This document shows positions 1-9,568 of a stretch of 64,000 bases of DNA, piece by piece (the stretch's first letter is position 1; the number at the start of each line of letters is the position of its first letter). The notes below the pieces were generated by a model. The model had not been told where the DNA came from. It did no database searches and saw only the letters and a list, made by a program, of their open reading frames with translations. A program made the position numbers and the translations under genes. Source of the stretch: Candidatus Nanopelagicaceae bacterium (GTDB lineage: Bacteria > Actinomycetota > Actinomycetes > Nanopelagicales > Nanopelagicaceae); the NCBI GenBank assembly GCA_049451055.1, contig JBMTVF010000001.1, positions 33,508-97,507 of the forward strand, written 5' to 3'.

Positions 1-198
1 ACGAGGCGTGATAGTAACGATGCGATCCATCGTTCCCTGTTGCGATGCTTGAGGTGAAACGTTTTGGGCGACGCTTAATTTAGGAGATGATGTTCTAGTA
101 ACTTTAACCGCAGGGCGCTCGGAAGAAGCAGCCTGTGCACTTCCATCATCCTCCGTTAGACCAAGGTAATTGGTCATTCTTCTAATGGCGCTCGACAT
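1..198 (-). CDS. sepF: Cell division protein SepF, N-terminal 66 codons (gene runs off the window start)
   Basis: My hand translation of the minus strand from ATG 198..196 gives MSSAIRRMTNYLGLTEDDGS...TMDRIVTITPR. That is the SepF N-terminal peptide (M..YLGL.EDD) plus a low-complexity linker. Its position after ftsZ-pgeF-yggS is the standard order. It is absent from the ORF track because the window edge cuts it. Confidence 0.75.
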   Translation of the reverse strand, partial: MSSAIRRMTNYLGLTEDDGSAQAASSERPAVKVTRTSSPKLSVAQNVSPQASQQGTMDRIVTITPR

Positions 199-207
199 AC
201 CGTAATT

Positions 208-885
208 TTAGACTTTCCCCGAGCGCGTTCCGAGTATTGAACTACCGATTCGCAAATGTGTCGCTCCAAACTCCAGGGCTTGCCTGTAATCACCACTCAT
301 ACCGGCTGAAATATAGGTGGCGTTCGCCACGATCTGGCGAAGCGCCACAGATAGCTTCGCCAACTTCTCAAAACTTGGTCGAGGATCTCTGTTGAGCGGG
401 GCAATGCCCATTAAGCCGACAATTTCAATAGAGCTAAGCGAGATAATTTCTGAGACAAATGCCGACATGGCATTGGGATCAATTCCACTGCGACTATCTC
501 CTCTCTCTTGTTCATCTAAATTTATCTGAAGGAAAACTTTCTGAATCTTGCCAACCTCTTGCGCAATCTCATTAATCTTCCGCGCATGGCTCAGGTCCTC
601 TAAAGAGTGAATGTAATCACTCCAATTAACGAGGGATTTAATTTTCTTTCCTTGCACGCGACCTTGGTAGTGCCAAATCGCATCATTTGGAATTGAATTA
701 GATTTTTCTCGCCCTTCCTCATCGCGATTTTCGCCAAAATTTCGCTCTCCAAGACGATATAGGATTTCAACATCCGATATCGGAAAGGTTTTTGTAACTA
801 CGATTAAAGTCACATCAGCAGGAATTTCAGATTTCACTTCCTGCAAATTACGGGCTAACTCAGTTTCCCGTTTCAAGTCATCCAA
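208..885 (-). CDS. yggS: YggS/YlmE-family pyridoxal-phosphate homeostasis protein
   Basis: 225 aa, with a TLIVVTKTFP segment (PLP-lysine region) and a C-terminal GATHLRIGSSILG. It occupies the ylmE position downstream of ftsZ. Confidence 0.85.
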   Translation of the reverse strand: MDDLKRETELARNLQEVKSEIPADVTLIVVTKTFPISDVEILYRLGERNFGENRDEEGREKSNSIPNDAIWHYQGRVQGKKIKSLVNWSDYIHSLEDLSHARKINEIAQEVGKIQKVFLQINLDEQERGDSRSGIDPNAMSAFVSEIISLSSIEIVGLMGIAPLNRDPRPSFEKLAKLSVALRQIVANATYISAGMSGDYRQALEFGATHLRIGSSILGTRSGKV

Positions 886-1559
886 ATTACACCTGCTTGC
901 CTTCCAGTAACTCCATCTCTTCTATAGGAAAAGTATCCTGGAGTATGGCTAACACAGATATTTGAGGTTCGATGAATTACGCCAAATCTACGCAACTTTG
1001 CGCTAATTCCGGCTGAGATGTCGACACAACGTAAATTTTCATCACTGCCTGCTTCCGGTTCCGATGAGACAACGCTTCGATAGCTATCTATATCAACTTG
1101 GTAACAACTCCTACAGATTGCTGGTCCAATTTCGGCTTTCAACTCTTCATTAGAAATTCCATGTTCTCCAAAAGTTTCAATAACAGCCTCAACTACACCA
1201 GCGACTAAGCCACGTCTACCAACATGTACCGCTGCAATTGCCTTATCACTTGAAATTAAAAGTGGTGAACAATCAGCAACTAATGTCACTAGAGCTACAT
1301 TACGAAGCTCTGTGTACAAGCCATCAGCAACAACAGGGATATTTGGGTCAGATTTCTCGTCAATGATTGCAATTTGATTGCCGTGGACTTGATTCATGTA
1401 AAAGATTTTTTCCGTGGGAAGACCAATCTCCCCAGCTAGTTTCACTCGATTGGCTTTGACTGATCCTTCGTAATCTCCCACATGGAGCGCGAGATTCATC
1501 GATTCAAATGGGCCGGTACTTATCCCTCCGGAGCGATTGGTAAAGAGCGTCCTCGACAT
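873..1559 (-). CDS. pgeF: Peptidoglycan editing factor PgeF (YfiH/YlmD, DUF152 laccase-domain protein)
   Basis: 228 aa with QVHGN, ADCSPLL and HVGRRGL motifs typical of the YfiH family. It sits directly after ftsZ. Confidence 0.85.
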   Translation of the reverse strand: MSRTLFTNRSGGISTGPFESMNLALHVGDYEGSVKANRVKLAGEIGLPTEKIFYMNQVHGNQIAIIDEKSDPNIPVVADGLYTELRNVALVTLVADCSPLLISSDKAIAAVHVGRRGLVAGVVEAVIETFGEHGISNEELKAEIGPAICRSCYQVDIDSYRSVVSSEPEAGSDENLRCVDISAGISAKLRRFGVIHRTSNICVSHTPGYFSYRRDGVTGRQAGVIWMT

Positions 1560-1561
1560 TC

Positions 1562-2689
1562 CTACTTCATAAAATCTGGTACGTCGATATCATCTTCAGC
1601 TACTAATTCTTCAAATGTGATACGTCGTCTCGTTGGCTCAGGAGTCTCCATAGCAACTGAAATCGGATCGTTTGATGGAATTGGATCGGCATTTCCATTC
1701 AAAGAAGCTGAAGTTAGAACAGGAACTGAAACGCGCTTAGGCACTCCACCTTCAAATCCGGCAGCTATAACTGTGACCCTAACCTCATCGCCTAATGAAT
1801 CATCGATTACAGTTCCAAAGATGATGTTGGCATCTGGATGAGCGTACTTTGCGACCAATTCTGCAGCTTCACTGATTTCAAAAAGTCCTAAATCAGAGCC
1901 ACCGGCAATTGAAAGCAGTACTCCGTGAGCGCCCTCAATGGATGCTTCCAAGAGCGGCGAAGAAATCGCCAATTCAGCAGCTCGAGTAGCTCTCGCTTCG
2001 CCACGCGCAGAGCCAATTCCCATAAGTGCTGAACCCGCGCCATCCATAACACTCTTTACATCTGCGAAATCTAAATTGATAAGGCCAGGTGTCGTAATTA
2101 AATCTGTTATTCCTTGTACGCCAGAAAGTAAAACTTGATCGGCGGTGCGGAAGGCCTCCGGTGCCGATATTGATCTATCCGATATTGAAAGTAAACGATC
2201 ATTCGGAATTACGATCAACGTATCAACTTCTTCTCGAAGTTCTTCAATTCCAATTTCTGCTTGCGCAGTTCTACGCTTTCCCTCAAAGCTAAATGGCTTT
2301 GTGACAACTCCGACAGTTAAAGCGCCAACAGTTTTAGCAATTCTTGCGACTATCGGTGCGCCTCCGGTGCCAGTTCCGCCACCCTCGCCAGCAGTTACGA
2401 AAACCATATCTGATCCACGAAGAACTTCTTCGATTTCCTCTGTGTGATCAATTGCAGCTTGTTTCCCAATTTCAGGATTAGCACCTGCGCCAAGTCCGCG
2501 AGTTAATTTTCTTCCAATATCTAATTTGACATCAGCATCACTCATTAGAAGGGCTTGTGCATCAGTGTTTATCGCAATGAATTCAACGCCTTTTAATCCA
2601 GCATCGATCATTCGATTGACAGCATTTACGCCGCCACCGCCAACGCCGACGACCTTAATAACCGCCAAATAATTTTGTGGTGTCGCCAT
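1562..2689 (-). CDS. ftsZ: Cell division GTPase FtsZ
   Basis: [15 protein letters not shown] and [13 protein letters not shown] tubulin signature, plus the C-terminal DIDVPDFMK peptide. Confidence 0.98.
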   Translation of the reverse strand: MATPQNYLAVIKVVGVGGGGVNAVNRMIDAGLKGVEFIAINTDAQALLMSDADVKLDIGRKLTRGLGAGANPEIGKQAAIDHTEEIEEVLRGSDMVFVTAGEGGGTGTGGAPIVARIAKTVGALTVGVVTKPFSFEGKRRTAQAEIGIEELREEVDTLIVIPNDRLLSISDRSISAPEAFRTADQVLLSGVQGITDLITTPGLINLDFADVKSVMDGAGSALMGIGSARGEARATRAAELAISSPLLEASIEGAHGVLLSIAGGSDLGLFEISEAAELVAKYAHPDANIIFGTVIDDSLGDEVRVTVIAAGFEGGVPKRVSVPVLTSASLNGNADPIPSNDPISVAMETPEPTRRRITFEELVAEDDIDVPDFMK

Positions 2690-2813
2690 TTCTGCCTCTC
2701 TCTGACCCTAATTCTCAACTTTAGAGTTAGGGTTCTAATTTATGGTGCGCGCAAAAGTAGGCTGGCAGAGGTTAGGTATCAAACACCGACACGAAAAATC
2801 TACTACGGAAATA

Positions 2814-3530
2814 TCAATTTGAATTAACGATTGGAGAGAGTGGATTTGAAAGGTCGAAACTCTTCGCTTTTCGATTCTCTTTTAGCTCAACCAACCTCAT
2901 CAATACCTCAAGCTTTAAATCTATTTCATTTACATTTCCCCAATAAACATCTAACTGTCGACTCCCTTGGATGAGAGTTGTACCGATATTCCCCCCGTCC
3001 GGCGCATTGATGCCAACGATCGTCCACTGCTTTAATTTGCCGATCAGATCACGAATATTCGACTTCAAATCTGAATCGTTGCTGCCCAAATTGATAAGTG
3101 GAAGGTCTGAGTCCGCCTTAAATAATTGGCTCTTCTCTAGAAAATTGACTTCATTCTGGGCCACAGATATCAGTGATAGATCCTCATCGAGAAAGGGCAC
3201 CTGTCCAGGAGCGGCAGTCCAACTGGGATTCAACTGTGCCAAGACGACTTCAGGAAGCACGCTTACCGTCACTTTGCCTGTAACAAAATTTCTAGATAGG
3301 TCAACCTGGTCTGCCCAGGTCAAATTCTTCAATTTGCCCGTTAGTTCACGTCTATCAATTCGTGCCATCGGCCTTCCAACTTGTGTAGCTAAGTCGAGAG
3401 TATTCTCAATAATTGACTTTCTCGCTTCGTTCTCATCAATAATCTCAAAGCTCTTTACTGCAATTAGATTTGTCCAACCTAAAATATAAGTAGCTGCGGC
3501 AAACAGAAGTACTGCAATTATTCTTTTCAA
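2814..3530 (-). CDS. ftsQ: Cell division protein FtsQ/DivIB-like (single N-terminal TM, POTRA-type ectodomain)
   Basis: 238 aa with an N-terminal hydrophobic helix. It lies between murC and ftsZ. The sequence itself is poorly conserved. Confidence 0.7.
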   Translation of the reverse strand: MKRIIAVLLFAAATYILGWTNLIAVKSFEIIDENEARKSIIENTLDLATQVGRPMARIDRRELTGKLKNLTWADQVDLSRNFVTGKVTVSVLPEVVLAQLNPSWTAAPGQVPFLDEDLSLISVAQNEVNFLEKSQLFKADSDLPLINLGSNDSDLKSNIRDLIGKLKQWTIVGINAPDGGNIGTTLIQGSRQLDVYWGNVNEIDLKLEVLMRLVELKENRKAKSFDLSNPLSPIVNSN

Positions 3531-3531
3531 T

Positions 3532-4920
3532 CTATTTTCTCTGTAGGTTCTCGAGAATGAGTGGCGCTAGAGCGGTAACATCACCAGCACCTAGAGTCAT
3601 GATTAAATCTCCTGGCTTTGCTTTAGTAACTACTTGAGAGATCACATCGGGCATCGAAGGTTCGTAGGTAACGCTGTCGGCATTCATTCGATGGGCTATT
3701 ACTGCGGATGTAACCCCAGCAATGGGATTCTCGTCGGCCGGGTATATCTCTAAAAGATATGTGTGATCAGCAACTCTCAGTTCCCGAGCAAATTCATCGG
3801 CAAATGCTTTGGTGCGAGAAAATCTGTGAGGTTGGAAAATGACTATCACCCTTCCGGAACCAGCAAAAGAACGAGCGGTCTCGAGAGTTGCTCTAATTTC
3901 TGTTGGGTGATGTCCGTAATCATCAATAACGGTAACGCCATTTTCCTCACCGCGGATCTCAAATCTGCGGCGAGCGCCACTAAAGGAGGCAATTCCTTCA
4001 AAGAGTTTGTTGATGGGAGCCCCAAGTTCGACGCCTACAGCTACCGCAGCCGCTGCATTGAATAAATTATGTCGACCCGGAACTGCCAGCTTCATCTCTC
4101 CGAGTACTCGTCCATTGAATGTCAGGCGCGCTGTAGAGCTAGTGGGAGCCAGATAAATCCGATCTAGCAAGAGATTGGGTTCTGATTCGCTTCCATATGT
4201 AATTACTTTCAACTTTGATCCGGTCATCTTTTGCAACAAGCGCTTTATGCCCGAATCATCGCTACAGACAACCAAAAAATCTTGAACCGTATTGCTAAAT
4301 TCAGAGAAAAGTTCATCAATTTGGTCAATGTTTTGGAAGTTATCTACATGGTCTAATTCAATGTTTGTTATTACCGCTCCAGTTGGTTGGTATCTAGTAA
4401 ATGAACCATCAGACTCGTCAGCTTCTACAACAAATATATCGCCATTTCCGTGATGAGCATTCGTGCCTGAGTTTCTTATCGAGGCACCGATTGCGAATGA
4501 GGGATCTAATCCGCAGCGCTGTAGTGCGACCGTCAACATAGAAGTAGTTGTTGTCTTGCCGTGAGTGCCAGCAATAGCAACAGATTTCTTGCCTATCAAA
4601 AGCGCCGCAAGCGCTTCTGCTCGACCAATTACCGGAATACCTAGCTGATTTGCTGCGATTAGCTCGGTATTTGAATCCGGAATTGCGCTAGAGCGAATTA
4701 CAAGGTCCACTCCCTCTACATTTTTAGAGTGATGACCAATTTGAATTTTGAAATCTAAAGCCCGCAAACTCTCCAAGGTTGTTGAGTCATGGAGGTCGCT
4801 TCCTGAAATTCGTGCTCCGCGAGCCGCCATAACTCTGGCGATTCCACTCATCCCCGATCCGCCTATTCCCACAAAGTGGATAGACATATTGGAAATTCTG
4901 GCTGCCCAATTAGTTGTCAT
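3532..4920 (-). CDS. murC: UDP-N-acetylmuramate--L-alanine ligase
   Basis: HFVGIGGSGMSGIA and AGTHGKTTTTSM motifs, in dcw context. Confidence 0.95.
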   Translation of the reverse strand: MTTNWAARISNMSIHFVGIGGSGMSGIARVMAARGARISGSDLHDSTTLESLRALDFKIQIGHHSKNVEGVDLVIRSSAIPDSNTELIAANQLGIPVIGRAEALAALLIGKKSVAIAGTHGKTTTTSMLTVALQRCGLDPSFAIGASIRNSGTNAHHGNGDIFVVEADESDGSFTRYQPTGAVITNIELDHVDNFQNIDQIDELFSEFSNTVQDFLVVCSDDSGIKRLLQKMTGSKLKVITYGSESEPNLLLDRIYLAPTSSTARLTFNGRVLGEMKLAVPGRHNLFNAAAAVAVGVELGAPINKLFEGIASFSGARRRFEIRGEENGVTVIDDYGHHPTEIRATLETARSFAGSGRVIVIFQPHRFSRTKAFADEFARELRVADHTYLLEIYPADENPIAGVTSAVIAHRMNADSVTYEPSMPDVISQVVTKAKPGDLIMTLGAGDVTALAPLILENLQRK

Positions 4921-6001
4921 TGAAATTCTCGTTTTTTCTCTTTTGAATCAATTCATCTGCTAGCCGGGCAATTTCCGCCGCAGCGCTAATGTTGCGTTTG
5001 GCCGTTGAGAGTCGATGCTGTTTGGTTGCGAGGATTCGAGAGAGATTTTGGCGGAGCCAATTGCCATCAAACTCGTCATCCGATACTTGAACTGCATTTC
5101 CAGATTCCACAAGTTCGGAGGCATTTTCAGTTTGCTCACCGTTACCATGGGGCAGCGGAACTAGAATTGCAAATTTCCCAACTGTAAGTAATTCCGCACA
5201 AGTCACCGCGCCACTTCTCGTAATAAGGCAATCGGCAATCGCATAGATTGCAGCCATATCATCGAAATACGGCATCGGTAGATAGCCATTTCGAGCCTCA
5301 GGAAGCGGATTATTTGGTCCAACCGCATGAATAATCTGAATTTCGGGCAAGCTCGGATTCCTTAAGTATTCGGAGATAGCAGCGTTGATTCGGCTCGAAC
5401 CTTGCGAACCACCAAATACAGCAACTATGGGTCGATTGGAATCTAACCCGAATCGCTTCACTTGCTCACTCCGCTTCAAATCTTCAGTTAATGCCAGGTT
5501 AGCAATTTCGCTGCGTATCGGAATTCCCGTCAAAATAGCTTCCGGCCAAATTAACTTAACTTTCGCAAAGTTAACGGCGACGACATCAGCAAATTTTCTA
5601 CCTAATCTATTTGCCCAACCCGGTTTTGCGTTTGCTTCATGAACCAAAATCGGGATCGATTTCGTTCGAGCTGCAAGATAAGCGGTAGCGCTAATGTAAC
5701 CACCGAAGCCAATTAAGATATCGGCCTGAGAAATCAAGTTTCGAGTATGTCGCACGGCATTTATGAATTTAATTGGAAACAGAAACGAAATAACTGATAA
5801 TTTCCGAGGTAAGGCGACTTTTGGAATTGGCATCAATTTATATCCTCGCGCAGGAACCAGTTTCGACTCGATTCCATTTACTGTGCCAAGAAATATGCAT
5901 TCCGATTCACCGGGTAATTTAGAAATCTCATCTGCTACTGCGAGCGCAGGCTCTACGTGCCCCGCACTACCCCCGCCAGCAAAAACAATTTTCCGTTTCA
6001 T
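4910..6001 (-). CDS. murG: Lipid II synthase MurG (UDP-GlcNAc:lipid I GlcNAc transferase)
   Basis: FAGGGSAGHVEPALAVA N-terminus and GT28 architecture, in dcw context. Confidence 0.95.
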   Translation of the reverse strand: MKRKIVFAGGGSAGHVEPALAVADEISKLPGESECIFLGTVNGIESKLVPARGYKLMPIPKVALPRKLSVISFLFPIKFINAVRHTRNLISQADILIGFGGYISATAYLAARTKSIPILVHEANAKPGWANRLGRKFADVVAVNFAKVKLIWPEAILTGIPIRSEIANLALTEDLKRSEQVKRFGLDSNRPIVAVFGGSQGSSRINAAISEYLRNPSLPEIQIIHAVGPNNPLPEARNGYLPMPYFDDMAAIYAIADCLITRSGAVTCAELLTVGKFAILVPLPHGNGEQTENASELVESGNAVQVSDDEFDGNWLRQNLSRILATKQHRLSTAKRNISAAAEIARLADELIQKRKNENFNDN

Positions 6002-6004
6002 CTG

Positions 6005-7162
6005 CTATTTCACTCTGCGATTTCTAATTTCCTCGATTATTGCCGGATCTCTTTTCATAACGCCTAAGACATACCCAATTGCAAGAAAAGTTGCGATTAA
6101 TGAAGAGCCGCCGTAAGAGATAAATGGAAGGGTTACGCCTACAACCGGCATCATGCTGATAACACTTCCAATATTCATCACAACCTGAATAGCAATCCAT
6201 GAACCAATCCCGACGAGAACATACTTATCAAAAGGCTTAAATGCGCGAAGGGCAACCCTGAAGATAGCAAGGATTAGGAGTGCGTAAAGTGAGAGCACCG
6301 CAAGGGTGCCAAGCAAACCTAACTCTTCACCTATTACTGAGAAAATGAAATCAGTATGGGCTTCAGGCAAACTGCCCCACTTCTGTTTCCCGGAGCCCAA
6401 ACCAGTGCCGAATGCGCCGCCAGAAGCCAATCCCATGATGCTATGAGCCTGTTGCCACCCAGCGCTCTTGTAATTTTCTTCCGAGAATGGATTTGAGAAT
6501 GCCGCAAATCGATTGATTCTTGTTTGATTTGATACAACCAAGATCAAAGCGCCTACTATCATTAAGCCTGACAGCAATAGTAATTTTTTCAATTGAATTC
6601 CAGATACGAAGATAATTGAGAGGAATATTCCTCCGACAACAAGAGCTGTTCCAAGATCCTTACCTACAAGAATAAGTAACATAACTAGGGCCATTCCTGG
6701 CAAAAGTTTTGGAAGCGGATTCTCAAAATCTTTTAGGTTTCTCATCATCAAAGCACACCAAAGAATCATCGCAAATTTCGCAAATTCACTCGGCTGTAGA
6801 GAAAATCCTGCAAACTCAATCCAGTTGGTGTTTCCGCCGACGCTTCGTCCAATGCCTGGAACTTGAGGAAGGAGCAAGAAAACAGCTGAAGCAATTAGGG
6901 CGAGCCGAGCCTGCGGAATCCAAAGGCGTTCCTTCAAATTCATCGCGAGCCAAGCAAGAAAAATGGAGATTCCCAGATAAAAAACCTGTCGGATTGCGAT
7001 TGCAAAAGAATTTCCAGACTCATTCATCGCTCTGACAGAGGATGCGCTTAATACCATCACAACTCCAAACACTGAAAGTATGGAAACTGTTCCGAGAATT
7101 ATGTAGTAGGCAGATGCTGGCGTTGCAAAAAGAGATTTTGCGACTCCGCTTCTACTAGACAT
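6005..7162 (-). CDS. ftsW: SEDS-family peptidoglycan polymerase FtsW
   Basis: Polytopic membrane protein with the SEDS C-terminal PFISYGGSS motif. I trimmed the start to ATG 7162 (MSSRSGV...), which overlaps the murD stop by 8 nt. The 40-codon upstream extension in the track lies inside murD. Confidence 0.9.
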   Translation of the reverse strand: MSSRSGVAKSLFATPASAYYIILGTVSILSVFGVVMVLSASSVRAMNESGNSFAIAIRQVFYLGISIFLAWLAMNLKERLWIPQARLALIASAVFLLLPQVPGIGRSVGGNTNWIEFAGFSLQPSEFAKFAMILWCALMMRNLKDFENPLPKLLPGMALVMLLILVGKDLGTALVVGGIFLSIIFVSGIQLKKLLLLSGLMIVGALILVVSNQTRINRFAAFSNPFSEENYKSAGWQQAHSIMGLASGGAFGTGLGSGKQKWGSLPEAHTDFIFSVIGEELGLLGTLAVLSLYALLILAIFRVALRAFKPFDKYVLVGIGSWIAIQVVMNIGSVISMMPVVGVTLPFISYGGSSLIATFLAIGYVLGVMKRDPAIIEEIRNRRVK

Positions 7163-8516
7163 GTAGAGCCTCCTTAATCGCCTTGGCAAAGCATTCGCCA
7201 CGATCTGCATAATCTTTGAATTGATCCATAGAGGCACAGGCTGGAGCAAGTAAGACGGTATCTCCAGTAATTGCTTGGGCATTTGCTAGTCGAACTACTT
7301 CTCTCATCAATTCAATTCCAGTTTTCCCTAAATTCAAGATTTTTACTGGAATCTGGGGAGCGTATTCACTTAAAGCCGCTGCGATAATCGGCGCATCCGT
7401 TCCAATCAAGATTGCACTCTTTATCCGATTTGAAGTTGATTTAATTAATTCCTCCATATCGGCTCCCTTAGCGAGACCGCCGGCAATCCAGATCGCTTTT
7501 TCTTGAGAGAATAGGGCTGCTTTTGCGGCGTGAGGGTTGGTGGCTTTGGAATCATCCACCCACTTAACGCCATCTTTTTCAAACACTACTTCCAACCTAT
7601 GGTGATCTAAGTTGAATGACCTCAAAGCTGATGAAATAGCTTCGGGTCTTGCGCCCACAGAAAGTGCTAGTCCTGAAGCCGCCATCGCGTTGGAAACATT
7701 ATGAGGAATGGCTGGCCTTACATCTGTTAATTCGAAAATGACTTCTGCATCACCTTTCGCAAAAGCCCGATCAACAATCAGATTCTCCACTAATCCAATT
7801 TGGCCTTTAGATGGAGTTTTGAGAGTGTAAGTGATTGCTGGTTTATTTATATGGCCGAGTCCAGAATTTACTTCGGGATCGTCAAAGTTTGCAATAAAAG
7901 TTTCGCACATTTGAGAAATTCGAAATTTTGCCTTGGCGTATTCGGAGAATGACCCGTGCCAATCAATATGATCCTCTGCGATATTTAAAAGGGCAGATGC
8001 CTTGAACTTTGCGGCTGAGCTCCAGCTAAGTTGAAATGAAGATAGTTCGATAATCAAATGAGAATACTGAGATGTGGTTATATTAGCTATTGCAGTATCA
8101 CCAACGTTGCCGCAAGCTTTTGCACTTATCCCGCTTTCTAGCAACATTGCTTCAGCCATCTGAACCGTAGTTGTTTTTCCATTAGTGCCCGTAAGTGAGA
8201 TCCAGATCTGTTCGGGTCTTATTTCATTTTTTACACGCCAAGCGAAATCAATTTCCGAAAGAATTTCAATACCAGCTTCTTTCGCTAATCTCACCAAAGG
8301 GTTATCTAGTCGCCAACCAGGTGAAACTACTGCGATTCTCTGTTTGGAGAGTGAGATTCCATCTAAACTCTTCACAACTTTAGAGTTTGCTTCTCTCTCG
8401 TCTATTACGTGAACCTCAGATCCAAAATCCCTTAAAAAATCGGCGGCTGCCGTGCCAGTTACTCCGGCTCCGAAAACCAATGTTTGACTTCCTTTTAGCG
8501 ATTCTAGGAACTTCAT
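7155..8516 (-). CDS. murD: UDP-N-acetylmuramoylalanine--D-glutamate ligase
   Basis: VFGAGVTGTAAADFL and LTGTNGKTTT motifs. I trimmed the start to ATG 8516 (MKFLESL...), which forms an ATGA overlap with the mraY stop. Confidence 0.93.
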   Translation of the reverse strand: MKFLESLKGSQTLVFGAGVTGTAAADFLRDFGSEVHVIDEREANSKVVKSLDGISLSKQRIAVVSPGWRLDNPLVRLAKEAGIEILSEIDFAWRVKNEIRPEQIWISLTGTNGKTTTVQMAEAMLLESGISAKACGNVGDTAIANITTSQYSHLIIELSSFQLSWSSAAKFKASALLNIAEDHIDWHGSFSEYAKAKFRISQMCETFIANFDDPEVNSGLGHINKPAITYTLKTPSKGQIGLVENLIVDRAFAKGDAEVIFELTDVRPAIPHNVSNAMAASGLALSVGARPEAISSALRSFNLDHHRLEVVFEKDGVKWVDDSKATNPHAAKAALFSQEKAIWIAGGLAKGADMEELIKSTSNRIKSAILIGTDAPIIAAALSEYAPQIPVKILNLGKTGIELMREVVRLANAQAITGDTVLLAPACASMDQFKDYADRGECFAKAIKEALHV

Positions 8517-9568
8517 GCACCAACCCACTGCGCATAGAAGAGCCCCAGCCCAGCCGCAACACATATGCCAGCAATTATCCAAAATCTAATTACGATCGTG
8601 ACCTCTCCCCAGCCCAATAATTCAAAATGGTGCTGGAGTGGTGCCATCTTAAAGATTCTTTTTCCGCCCGAAATTTTGAAGTAGCCAGTTTGAATTATTA
8701 CCGAGAGAGTGATTATCACGAATAGTCCACCGAGCGGAATTAGAAGTAACTCAGTTCTCAATGTCATTGCCAGACCAGCTAGCGCGCCTCCGAGAGCGAG
8801 TGCTCCGGTGTCACCCATAAATATGCGTGCTGGCGAAGCATTCCACCAGAGAAATCCGGCACAGGCGCCAGCAAAGGCAGCGGCGAATACCGCCATATCT
8901 AAGGGATCTCTAGTGACATAGCAATTCGAAACTGTAATTTCACATCTTTGGCCAAATTTCCAGACACCAATCAAAATAAATGCCAAGAAAGACATAATGG
9001 CTGCTCCAGTTGCAAGACCATCAAGACCGTCTGTGAGATTTACTCCGTTACTTGCACTCAATACCAAAATGATTGCCCATACAATTACCAGAATAAGAGC
9101 CATCTTTATTCCGGTATCTCTCACAGTTGAAAGATAAAGCGAGCGGGGAGTATTGCCGGACTCATCAGGAAATTGAGTAGCAAAATATCCAAAAACTCCG
9201 GCTATGAGCGCTTGACCAAAAAGCTTCTCTCTGGCTCTTAACCCCAACGATCTTTGTTTGAAAACTTTCAGCCAATCATCTAGAAAACCAACTGCGCCAA
9301 GTGCTATAACAAGTCCAAATACCAAAGCAGCTGATGTCGAAATTGGAACTTCTGTTAATAGGTGGGAAATTAGATATCCAAGAATTGCTGTCAATATTAG
9401 GACTAGGCCGCCCATAGTCGGCGTACCATGCTTAACTAAATGGCTCTTAGGACCATCTTCGCGAATTTGTTGCCCAAATCCTTTGTGTGTTAGGAATTGA
9501 ATGAAGACTGGAGTTAGCACAAAACTCAACAAGAAGGCGGTTGCGCCAGCGATAAGAATTCCTCTCAT
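8513..9568 (-). CDS. mraY: Phospho-N-acetylmuramoyl-pentapeptide transferase
   Basis: Ten-TM-type protein with KxGTPTMGG, NLTDGLDGLA and HHHFE-like (LQHHFEL) motifs. Confidence 0.96.
   Translation of the reverse strand: MRGILIAGATAFLLSFVLTPVFIQFLTHKGFGQQIREDGPKSHLVKHGTPTMGGLVLILTAILGYLISHLLTEVPISTSAALVFGLVIALGAVGFLDDWLKVFKQRSLGLRAREKLFGQALIAGVFGYFATQFPDESGNTPRSLYLSTVRDTGIKMALILVIVWAIILVLSASNGVNLTDGLDGLATGAAIMSFLAFILIGVWKFGQRCEITVSNCYVTRDPLDMAVFAAAFAGACAGFLWWNASPARIFMGDTGALALGGALAGLAMTLRTELLLIPLGGLFVIITLSVIIQTGYFKISGGKRIFKMAPLQHHFELLGWGEVTIVIRFWIIAGICVAAGLGLFYAQWVGA

Noticed and set aside
2705-2733. Imperfect hairpin ACCCTAA-tt-CTC-aacttta-GAG-TTAGGGT just upstream of the ftsZ Shine-Dalgarno
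   Set aside because: The structure is real but modest (7 + 3 bp with a 2-nt bulge and no U-tract). I cannot distinguish a regulatory or processing site from chance, so I did not elevate it.
5395-5410. LexA-box look-alike TCGAAC-CTTG-CGAACC inside murG
   Set aside because: The second half-site is CGAACC, a direct repeat rather than an inverted GTTCGA. It also lies deep inside a coding region.
7163-7282. Upstream extensions of ftsW (7163..7282) and murD (8517..8582) in the ORF track
   Set aside because: Both extensions lie inside the preceding gene. Internal ATGs at 7162 and 8516 give canonical N-termini and the short overlaps seen throughout the cluster.
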